Assembly (NCBI GenBank): GCA_964466595.1
Contig: CAYXNR010000035.1
Coordinates: forward strand, 1 to 23,646
Direction: 5' to 3'
Origin: an uncultured Coxiellaceae bacterium
Lineage (GTDB): Bacteria; Pseudomonadota; Gammaproteobacteria; DSM-16500
Length of the DNA stretch: 23,646 nt
The translations under genes and the position numbers were made by a program. Within the stretch, counting starts at the first letter, position 1; every line of letters starts with the position of its first letter. Under the pieces are notes generated by a model. That model saw nothing but the letters and a program-made list of their open reading frames with translations. It ran no database searches and was not told where the DNA came from. Below are positions 12,923-20,605 of this stretch, in pieces.

Positions 12923-15061
12923 ATGTGGAGAAAAATTATCCACTTTTCTGATCATGCTCCTAAGAAAGACCTCACCCCCCCTCCGCCGGATGATTTCAAA
13001 TCCCTACTTCTTTATATTCATCATTTAGCCAATCATAAAATGGGATATCCGGTTTCTTTACTCACCTTTCTCGGCTTGATCGATAACCGAGTCTTAGGCA
13101 TCAAACCAGACAGTCTCGCGAATGTCTTACTGAATAACGTGGGCGATCCTTTTAAGGATTCACTCACCTCGCTCATGGAAGTCAAAGGCTTTGAAAGAAA
13201 ACTCATTGCCATTCTTGAAAAATATTATGGTATGGCAGAAGGTGAAGCACGAGGCTATGTCACCACGGGTGGAACAGAAGGCAATTTTGCCGCGCTCTGG
13301 TGGTCTAAACGAAATTTAATTAACACTGCCTTAGCCCAGCTTATTCAAAAAGACGACACAATTAAACTACAAATTACCGAAGAGCAGGAATTAAGAAGTG
13401 CACTAGCCAAAATACCAAATAAAGATTATCCAACGCGCCTACTCCACTTGCAAAAAATTATTGATTTACGCGATGCCATTGTAAAAAATAAAGATATTGT
13501 TCAGCAATTATTAACGCCGACTGTTTTTTATTCAAAAGGCCATACCCATTATTCTGTCCCTAAAATTGCAGAAATCTTGCATCTGAATACGCGTCCCCTC
13601 ATTGCCAATCCAGACGGCTCGATTGATTTACTGAATTTTAAAAAAGAATTACTCTTTCATCTACACGCCCATCCCTACAGCTCTATTATTATAGTCACGA
13701 ACATTGGTACAACAATCACAGGCGCAATCGATGATGTGCCTGGCATCAAGAAAATTCTTGATGCCGCACCACAAAAACCCACTTATACGATTCATATGGA
13801 TGGTGCCTTAACCGGTTTTGTTTTACCCATTCTCAAACCCTTTGGTAAAATTCCCAATTATTTTGAATATCTCGGTGTCAATACCCTAGCCGTTTCCGCC
13901 CATAAGTATCCCGGTCTCTCTCAACCCTGTGGCATTCTTTTGGCTCGAAAACCTTTTTTTGAAAAAGCTTTTGAAAAAAGTGAACGTAGTATTGATTACG
14001 TCGGCGACATTCTGGATGTGACAATTACCGGTTCACGCTCGGGTTTAAATGTACTGATGTTTTATAATGCACTCTGTACCCTTGGCCTAGATAAGGATAA
14101 CAAAAAGTTACAAGCCTTGGTTGATGAAAATCTACATAATGCGAAATACTTATATGATGCCCTCGTAAAAATATATGGCAGCAAATATGTTTCTTATCCT
14201 TATCATTTCAACGTCATTTTTCCAAAACCATCTATGCGTCTCGCTAGAAAATATCAACTCATGCTCACAGGTGGAAATGCAACGATTTGTGTGCTCAGCA
14301 ATGTGACCAAGCAATTAATAGACCAATTTATTAACGATCTTAAATTAGACAAGGAGGAAGTCATGAAAACCATCAACAAGGAACACACTATCTTAACTCT
14401 ACAACAGGAGCATTTTGACTCTGCTAAGGAGCTTTTTATTAAAGCTTTCTGTTATAGCGAACCGGTGACAAAATATCTCGGTATTCAACCCGATGATTTT
14501 GAACCCTTCGCAGAAGCTGTTTTGAAAAAAGCAGCCGCGGATGGTCTCAGCAAAGTAGCCCTCGACAAAAACAAGCAGGTCATCGCCTTTGTTATCGTCG
14601 AAGATTTGGCAGACCCCTTCAAACTGCAGCTCTCGCGCTATCCCCGCATGAAACCTGTCATCAGCTTGTTAAAAGATCTATCCAAGCCCTTTGTAGAAGG
14701 AAAAAAGTTTTTAAAAGGTAAAATAGCTCATTTTTGGCTGGCGGCAGTTGAGCAGGAATTGATGGGCCAGGGCTTATTTAAAAAAGTAAATGGAGAAACC
14801 ATTAAAGGTGTCATCAGTAAAGGTTATGATATTGCTTATGCAGAGTTCACCAGTGAAATTAGCGCAAAAGAAGCGCTACATTTTGATGCGCTGCAATTAT
14901 GCAATAAAATAAAATATGATAGCTATACCCTAGATGGTCAGAAACCTTTTCAGGGTTTAAAAGGAGAGGCTGTTGCCTATGTCGCAGCTATCAAACCGGG
15001 GGTGAAGCTGACTTCTTTGGTGGATTGCTATACACTGGAAACGAGTCCCACTCTTGGATAA
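12923..15061 (+). CDS. Fusion protein: PLP-dependent histidine-decarboxylase-family domain (N) + GNAT N-acetyltransferase, arylalkylamine-NAT-like (C)
   Basis: The N-terminal ~460 aa include GYVTTGGTEGNFAALWW, the HYSV block, NIGTTITGAIDD, PLP-lysine motif SAHKYPGLSQPCGILLA and TITGSRSG. These are colinear with Gram-negative PLP histidine decarboxylases. The C-terminal ~240 aa include VIAFVIVED, AHFWLAAVEQELMGQGL (GNAT motif A, Q/R-x-x-G-x-G/A) and a YAEF block. RBS GGAG lies 6 nt before the ATG. Confidence 0.8.
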   Translation: MWRKIIHFSDHAPKKDLTPPPPDDFKSLLLYIHHLANHKMGYPVSLLTFLGLIDNRVLGIKPDSLANVLLNNVGDPFKDSLTSLMEVKGFERKLIAILEKYYGMAEGEARGYVTTGGTEGNFAALWWSKRNLINTALAQLIQKDDTIKLQITEEQELRSALAKIPNKDYPTRLLHLQKIIDLRDAIVKNKDIVQQLLTPTVFYSKGHTHYSVPKIAEILHLNTRPLIANPDGSIDLLNFKKELLFHLHAHPYSSIIIVTNIGTTITGAIDDVPGIKKILDAAPQKPTYTIHMDGALTGFVLPILKPFGKIPNYFEYLGVNTLAVSAHKYPGLSQPCGILLARKPFFEKAFEKSERSIDYVGDILDVTITGSRSGLNVLMFYNALCTLGLDKDNKKLQALVDENLHNAKYLYDALVKIYGSKYVSYPYHFNVIFPKPSMRLARKYQLMLTGGNATICVLSNVTKQLIDQFINDLKLDKEEVMKTINKEHTILTLQQEHFDSAKELFIKAFCYSEPVTKYLGIQPDDFEPFAEAVLKKAAADGLSKVALDKNKQVIAFVIVEDLADPFKLQLSRYPRMKPVISLLKDLSKPFVEGKKFLKGKIAHFWLAAVEQELMGQGLFKKVNGETIKGVISKGYDIAYAEFTSEISAKEALHFDALQLCNKIKYDSYTLDGQKPFQGLKGEAVAYVAAIKPGVKLTSLVDCYTLETSPTLG

Positions 15062-15073
15062 GCTAGCTACCCT

Positions 15074-17032
15074 ATGGATATAGTTGCCAATCCAAAGCAT
15101 ATCTCGATAGAAGAAAAAAACCAGATCGAGAAACAAGTTCAAATTGATCTGGTTAATCATCTCTACGAGGGCTGTCTGCCCGGCACCTTTAGTGGCCTGG
15201 TAGGCAGCACTGCGCTTTTTCTCGATTACTACGGTTATACACCCAAATCTTTGCTGATCGGCTGGTATGTTATTTTCAACCTAGCCATGGTTGTTTTAAC
15301 CTCTCTGTATTTCATCTATCTTAAAAGACGTTATGTCTTGAGTTATGATGGCTGGGAAAATCTCTATTCTATGGTGATGATGGTCTGTGCCTTCCTCTGG
15401 GTTCCTTGTATCTATTTGCTGCCTGAAGCCTTAACCAGACAAATGATCGGCTTAGTCGGTCTTTTTATCGTCACCAATGGCTATGCCACCGGAACCATTG
15501 GGCAATTTCAATTATGTCTGAAAACCCTCACCATCATCTTTCTTCCTCTCATTGCCTGGTGTTTCTATCAGGGTGGAATTCTTTACAATGTGATTGCTGC
15601 CTATTGTATTACCTATTATATCTTTCTGCTTGGCGCTAACAGACGTAGTACCTTGTGGTTCATTGATTCTCTGAAATTAAAGTTGGAAAACACCCTAGTC
15701 AGCTATCAAGCTAATCATGATCTGCTAACTAACTTACCCAATCAACGCTTATTGCCCCGTTATATTGAATCTGCCATCAATCTCATTAAAAATACGGAAG
15801 ATATTTTTGCTCTCGCTTCTTTTTCCTTGAATCGTATGGAAATGCTCAATGACGGTTTTGGCCATCATGCAGGTAATGCTATCATCCAAATTGTGACCGA
15901 GCGCTTAAAAGCTTTCAGTGAACAGGCTAGCAAAACTGGCACAAAATATTTGCTCACCATCTCGCGCAAAGATACCTTTAATATTCTGATCTTACCCTTG
16001 CATATCAAAGATGCCGAAGAAAAAATCAAAGCACTTTTTTCTATCTTAGATGAGCCTTTCTATCTCGAAAAGAAAGGCATTAAAATGACAGCCAGTATTG
16101 GCATCAGTCTTGCGCCCCGCGATGGGGAAGATGCGGCTACCTTGCTTGTCAATGCCGATGCCGCCATGCTGCAGGCCAAGCAATTTGGTGGCAATCACTT
16201 GGAATTTTATCGCTCTGAAATTAATGCTCAGCACCCCAAGCAATTGGAATTAGAAACCGATTTACATAAGGCTTTGCAGAATAATGAATTCCTACTAAAC
16301 TATCAACCGCTTGTTGAAGCTAAAAGCGGAAAAATTGCCGGCATGGAGGCACTGATTCGCTGGAACCATCCTACCCATGGTTTTATTTCCCCAGCTAGTT
16401 TTATACCGCTCGCAGAAGAAACCGGGCTCATCGTACCCATAGGAGAATGGGTCTTACGCGAAGCCTGCCGACAAGTCCGTCGCTGGCATGAGATGGGTTT
16501 TACCTCGCTACGGGTAGCGGTTAACCTCGCTGAAAAACAGCTCCGGCAAAAAAATATAATCGGCATCATTGAAGGCATTTTGCAAGAAACCGGCTTTAGT
16601 CGGAGCTGTCTTGAGATTGAAATTACTGAAACGGCTATCCTAGATGAAACCCTCGTCCATCTTATTAAACAACTGAAAGAAATCGGCTTGAGTTTATCGG
16701 TCGATGATTTTGGAACAGGCTATTCTGGCCTCAGCTATTTAAAACGTTTTTCGATCGATAAATTAAAAATTGACCAATCTTTTGTCAGAGATATTCCCGG
16801 AAATACGGATAGTATCACCATCGTTTCCGCTATCATTGCCATGACCAAAGAAATGAAAGTGAAAACGGTGGCTGAAGGCGTAGAAAATGAGGAACAATTA
16901 GCTTTCCTGAAATCCAAGGGCTGCGACTATATTCAAGGCTATTATTTTTCTAAACCCTTAAACGCCGAACTATTTACCCAACTCTTATTAAAAAGCAAAG
17001 ACCTTTCAGCAAGTCCCGCTAAAATAGTGTAA
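15074..17032 (+). CDS. Membrane-anchored (>=6 TM) degenerate-GGDEF / EAL c-di-GMP phosphodiesterase
   Basis: The N-terminal ~190 aa are polytopic and hydrophobic. The GGDEF fold has SRKDTF in place of GGDEF. The EAL domain is canonical (EALIRW, DDFGTGYSGLSYL, KIDQSFV, EGVENEEQ). The start lies 12 bp after the upstream gene, indicating an operon. Confidence 0.85.
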   Translation: MDIVANPKHISIEEKNQIEKQVQIDLVNHLYEGCLPGTFSGLVGSTALFLDYYGYTPKSLLIGWYVIFNLAMVVLTSLYFIYLKRRYVLSYDGWENLYSMVMMVCAFLWVPCIYLLPEALTRQMIGLVGLFIVTNGYATGTIGQFQLCLKTLTIIFLPLIAWCFYQGGILYNVIAAYCITYYIFLLGANRRSTLWFIDSLKLKLENTLVSYQANHDLLTNLPNQRLLPRYIESAINLIKNTEDIFALASFSLNRMEMLNDGFGHHAGNAIIQIVTERLKAFSEQASKTGTKYLLTISRKDTFNILILPLHIKDAEEKIKALFSILDEPFYLEKKGIKMTASIGISLAPRDGEDAATLLVNADAAMLQAKQFGGNHLEFYRSEINAQHPKQLELETDLHKALQNNEFLLNYQPLVEAKSGKIAGMEALIRWNHPTHGFISPASFIPLAEETGLIVPIGEWVLREACRQVRRWHEMGFTSLRVAVNLAEKQLRQKNIIGIIEGILQETGFSRSCLEIEITETAILDETLVHLIKQLKEIGLSLSVDDFGTGYSGLSYLKRFSIDKLKIDQSFVRDIPGNTDSITIVSAIIAMTKEMKVKTVAEGVENEEQLAFLKSKGCDYIQGYYFSKPLNAELFTQLLLKSKDLSASPAKIV

Positions 17033-17074
17033 AATAATTGAAGGAAAATAAACTGCTAAGGAGACAGGGACGCT

Positions 17075-18370
17075 ATGAAAGGATTCATTCAAAAATTATT
17101 GCAATTGAGTTCACTCGGCCTACTTGCTGCAGCCTCCTCCTCAGGTTTTGCTGCTGGCTATAAAATGGAATTTCAAAGCGCCTCGGTTTTAGCAGACTCT
17201 GGCGAGGCCGCTGTCGTCGAAGATGCCGGTACCAACTGGTTTAACTCGGCGGGTTTGGTCTATGTGCCCCATCAGGTCGTTGGCTCTCTCATTGACTTGA
17301 TGACGAGAACCACCTTCACGGGTTCTTTAAATGCACCAAACGCTCTTTTTGCAGGTAGCTTTAATGCCAATGGCAGCGCTCATTCTTTTCATAGTACCCT
17401 CCTGCCAGCCCTTCATTATGCCCTTCCTTTTAAAGATCGTTTTGCCGTAGGCTTAAGTATTGTCCCAGCTTGGGGGCTTGCTGAAGATTATGGCCGCAGT
17501 TCTTTTGTTCGCTATCAACTCACGCGGGTTTATACCAAATCAATTGATGTCGCACCCAGTATTGCTATCAAAATTAATAAGCAATGGTCCGTGGGTGTTG
17601 GTCCCGATTTTAATTATCTTTCTCTTCAAAGCCGCTTCGATGGTAACTTGGCTTATCCGCTTGTCAATGATGCAGTCTCTCGAATCTCTGCCGATGATTG
17701 GAATACGGGCTGGCATGCCGGTCTTTTATACCGTCTGAGTGAGGCCACTCGCTTTGGTCTGAATTATCGCTCTAAGATTGTGATGCATTTGACAGGCACC
17801 AGTGGGCTTTTTGGTGTCGGTTTTGCTACGCCCGAAACGAATGCTTTCACTTTTAATTGGGTCTTACCGCCGATTACAACGCTTTCAGCTTATCATGACT
17901 TATCGCCTTGTTGGGCACTCATGGGTACCATTTCCTATGATCAATGGAGTACCCTTCGCAGCTATAGTATACAAAATTATATGTCAGCTACGGGTCCAAC
18001 ACCTGTTTCACTGCCGCAAGGTTTTCGTAACACCTTTGATTTAGGGATAGGCGCACATTATCGTCTCAATGAAAAATGGCTGCTGCGTGGTAATCTGAAA
18101 TATGAACCCACCCCAACGGGCGATCTTCATCGCGATATTAACTTTCCGGATGCTGATAAACTCGGCGTGCAAATTGGCGGACGCTATCAGTTCACGAAAT
18201 GTTTAGCTGTGGACTTTCTGTATGGACATGTATTTACGAAATCAGTACCTATCAGACCCCAAATGGCTGTGTATCCAGGGACGACCACACCGATCACGGG
18301 TGTGACGATCAATGGCCACAGTACAACCAGTATTGATTTGATCGGCGCTCAGTTAGTGTGGAATATTTAG
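17075..18370 (+). CDS. FadL/OmpP1/TodX-family outer-membrane hydrophobic-compound channel
   Basis: Signal peptide MKGFIQKLLQLSSLGLLAAASSSGFAAGY. FadL-type N-terminal hatch motif and beta-barrel-like alternating pattern. RBS AAGGAGA present. Confidence 0.8.
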   Translation: MKGFIQKLLQLSSLGLLAAASSSGFAAGYKMEFQSASVLADSGEAAVVEDAGTNWFNSAGLVYVPHQVVGSLIDLMTRTTFTGSLNAPNALFAGSFNANGSAHSFHSTLLPALHYALPFKDRFAVGLSIVPAWGLAEDYGRSSFVRYQLTRVYTKSIDVAPSIAIKINKQWSVGVGPDFNYLSLQSRFDGNLAYPLVNDAVSRISADDWNTGWHAGLLYRLSEATRFGLNYRSKIVMHLTGTSGLFGVGFATPETNAFTFNWVLPPITTLSAYHDLSPCWALMGTISYDQWSTLRSYSIQNYMSATGPTPVSLPQGFRNTFDLGIGAHYRLNEKWLLRGNLKYEPTPTGDLHRDINFPDADKLGVQIGGRYQFTKCLAVDFLYGHVFTKSVPIRPQMAVYPGTTTPITGVTINGHSTTSIDLIGAQLVWNI

Positions 18371-18380
18371 AGCGTATCTG

Positions 18381-18416
18381 AATAAAGAAGCTGTCTTGCC
18401 CTTGGTTGACAGCTTC
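18381..18416 (-). terminator. Intrinsic terminator for CPBP gene: 9-bp stem GAAGCTGTC/GACAGCTTC, 12-nt loop, followed by TTTATT on minus strand
   Basis: Stem 18387-18395 pairs with 18408-18416 and overlaps the stop codon. On the minus strand the U-rich tract is the complement of 18381-18386. On the plus strand no U-tract follows the stem. Confidence 0.5.
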
Positions 18417-19309
18417 TAATACACGCTTGCTAAAGCCGGATAAGTGAAAAAGATAAAATGCACTAGATTTAAGCCAAAATGCATCGCAATGCTTGCCTCA
18501 ATTCTTTTGGTTTGCTGATACAGCCAACCATAACCCAAGCCCGCCATCATCGCTAAAAATACATATTTTTTGCCGCCGCTATAATGAGCAAGACCAAATA
18601 ACACAGAAGCAATAATCAGAGCAGCAGCAGCTCCTCCCTTCACTTTTTGTAATTTGAATTGCTGAGTTAATTTTTTTTGGATAAACCCGCGAAATAAGGC
18701 CTCTTCAGCTACGCAAGTCAGTAAGAGATTAGTGAGCACCCAAATCAGAATATTACTCGATAACTTCGGTTCAAAACGTATAAAATTTAAAATAAAGGCG
18801 AGGATCATCATCAGCAAAATAAAGATTAAAATGGGTTGCCAGATTTTTTTCGCTAGGAGAAGCGCCTGTTTTCGATTTGACAGTAAAGCCGGACCAAAAC
18901 CCAGGATAAAAATACCAACCAAGGCCTTATCGATATTGAGGTATAAATTATAGGGCAGTGCATCCGTTGTAAAATAGACATGATCTAAGACCATTAAGGC
19001 ATTAAAACCAGGAAGCTGATGACTGATTAAACCGAGACTTAAAAAAAGGACGCCTACTGTAGCAATAAAACGTTGGTCAGGATCGGTTTTTTTAGCTTGG
19101 CTATAAAAAGCCGCTACAGCAAACAAAACAATTGGTATAAGAGCGCTCCATTCCAATTGCCCACTGATTAGACCAAAACAAAGGGCTAAAAATAAGCTGG
19201 TGGCCCAATTCGGCGTTTTGCGCTTCCCGGGGTACCAAAGCAGCACAACACTTAAATAGAGAAAGCCATAGCAAAGAGAAATGCCAGGATAGCTCAGAAT
19301 CCAAATCAT
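18416..19309 (-). CDS. CPBP-family (Abi/CAAX) intramembrane glutamic metalloprotease
   Basis: The three signature motifs are present: EEALFR (EExxxR), FGLAHY (FxxxH) and HFGLN (HxxxN). It is a polytopic membrane protein. The ATG at 19309 has strong RBS GGGAG 5 nt upstream; the longer ORF reaching 19345 is unlikely. Confidence 0.8.
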   Translation of the reverse strand: MIWILSYPGISLCYGFLYLSVVLLWYPGKRKTPNWATSLFLALCFGLISGQLEWSALIPIVLFAVAAFYSQAKKTDPDQRFIATVGVLFLSLGLISHQLPGFNALMVLDHVYFTTDALPYNLYLNIDKALVGIFILGFGPALLSNRKQALLLAKKIWQPILIFILLMMILAFILNFIRFEPKLSSNILIWVLTNLLLTCVAEEALFRGFIQKKLTQQFKLQKVKGGAAAALIIASVLFGLAHYSGGKKYVFLAMMAGLGYGWLYQQTKRIEASIAMHFGLNLVHFIFFTYPALASVY

Positions 19310-19334
19310 GCCTGCTCCCTTACACCTATTCATC

Positions 19335-19346
19335 CATGCTAGCATG
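19335..19346. promoter_or_regulatory. Perfect 12-bp palindrome CATGCTAGCATG between the 23-bp repeats and the CPBP RBS (candidate operator)
   Basis: Perfect dyad located 26 bp upstream of the ATG at 19309. Confidence 0.4.
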
Positions 19347-19355
19347 TCGGTTTAA

Positions 19356-19424
19356 CTTGAATCTAGCGCTTTGTTATCCTTGAATCTAGCGCTTTGTCAT
19401 CCTTGAATCTAGCGCTTTATCATC
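19356..19424. repeat. 3 x 23-bp direct tandem repeat CTTGAATCTAGCGCTTTGT(T/C)ATC upstream of CPBP gene
   Basis: Units at 19356-19378, 19379-19401 and 19402-19424 carry 1-2 substitutions each. A degenerate fourth unit follows. The array lies 47-115 bp upstream of the CPBP start codon. Confidence 0.9.
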
Positions 19425-19564
19425 CTGAGCGCAGCGAAGGATCTCATTCCTGCAAAATAACTACGACAAAACAAACAATTGCTAAAAATTAAAGCAATAT
19501 AAAAAATATTGCCCATCCATCCACCACCTTAAAAACAGTGTTTTCTCCCGTGGTCATTGCACCA

Positions 19565-20521
19565 CTATATACGTCTTTGTCTCTTTGCAGATGCCTCATC
19601 CCAGTATTGAGGATCTAAGAAACTTTCAACTACTGCTTTCTCTTCTCGCTGCGCTTGTTGAACTTGGCGTTGGTGAGCTTGTAGCAATCGATAAGCTTGA
19701 TATGCTTGTTGCTGTCTTCGAGCTTGTAGCTCCGCTTGTTGCGCTTGATTAGCTTCCTGCACTTGCTGAGCTAGTATGCGATCTACGTATTTCACCCATA
19801 AATTCAGTCGATCCTCTAATTCAGGCGTCAAAGAAGGATTAGACTGCAATGAAGCCAATTCATGCATCAATACAGGACATTCACCCATACATCGATTCAA
19901 ATCAACCAAAAATTTACTTAGCCGATTTGCCTCTTGCGGTTGAAGTTCATTAGAATTGATCTTGCTCATTAACTGGGTTGCTATTTGAGTGATATGGTTT
20001 ATTTTTTTCGCGACAGCTACAAATGGATCTGCTATCTCATTTGCAAGTGGTGTACTGGAAGCTGGCTGCTCATTTGCAGGCATTGCGCTTGACCCTAACT
20101 CCGCCGGTACAGCAGCTGCACTTGAGACTGACTGCTCATTTGCAAGTGGCGCACTGGAAGCTGGCTGCTCATTTACAGGCATTGCGCTTGACCCTAACTC
20201 CGCCGGTACAGCAGCTGCACTTGAGACTGACTGCTCATTTGCAGCCGCTCCGCTTGAAGCTGGTAATTCCTTGTTTAAAGATTCATTTTGCCATTTTTTT
20301 CTCTCGTTTAAAGCTTCATCTTTCCATTTTTTTCTTAATAAGCGCATTTTATATGCACCTAAGGTAATCGTACCAAGACCCCCATGCTCCACAAGCTCTC
20401 CTGTATTCTCATCCACCATTTGCCTTTGCTTCTCCCTAAAGTTCACCCTTGAGGCGGTCTGATTGTGCTTTTTAGGCTCGCTATCATGCTTTAACACTTC
20501 TTTTCTTTTTCTGTTTAACAT
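19565..20521 (-). CDS. Gln/Ala-rich coiled-coil protein, paralog 1 of tandem family (one module; NLS-like basic clusters)
   Basis: Begins MLNRKRKE (ATG at 20521, RBS GGAG 6 nt upstream). It shares the GGLGTIT region with the other two paralogs. It contains an in-frame ~99-bp duplication, a QQAELQARRQQQAYQAY coiled-coil segment and the C-terminus ...DEASAKRQRRI. Confidence 0.7.
   Translation of the reverse strand: MLNRKRKEVLKHDSEPKKHNQTASRVNFREKQRQMVDENTGELVEHGGLGTITLGAYKMRLLRKKWKDEALNERKKWQNESLNKELPASSGAAANEQSVSSAAAVPAELGSSAMPVNEQPASSAPLANEQSVSSAAAVPAELGSSAMPANEQPASSTPLANEIADPFVAVAKKINHITQIATQLMSKINSNELQPQEANRLSKFLVDLNRCMGECPVLMHELASLQSNPSLTPELEDRLNLWVKYVDRILAQQVQEANQAQQAELQARRQQQAYQAYRLLQAHQRQVQQAQREEKAVVESFLDPQYWDEASAKRQRRI
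20039..20237 (-). repeat. In-frame ~99-bp tandem duplication inside paralog 1 (encodes NEQSVSSAAAVPAELGSSAMPVNEQPASSAPLA x2)
   Basis: Near-identical DNA at 20039-20137 and 20138-20236 with a few substitutions. Confidence 0.8.
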
Positions 20522-20605
20522 ACACATCTCCAATAATTTTAGGTTTAAAGGCTCATCAGGCAGAGAAACAAAGAGCTTGATCTTTGTTTCTTGCTGCTCT
20601 TGACT

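Noticed and set aside
19310-19345. Longer N-terminus (MLAWMNRCKGAG...) for the CPBP protease
   Set aside because: A strong GGGAG RBS sits 5 nt upstream of the internal ATG at 19309. The extra 12 residues have no RBS and would begin inside the palindrome and promoter region.
19356-19424. Possible CRISPR array (the 23-bp direct repeats), and the 30-bp repeats at 9661-9777
   Set aside because: The repeats are contiguous with no unique spacers. One array is in-frame coding sequence. There are no cas genes. These are tandem duplications, not CRISPR.
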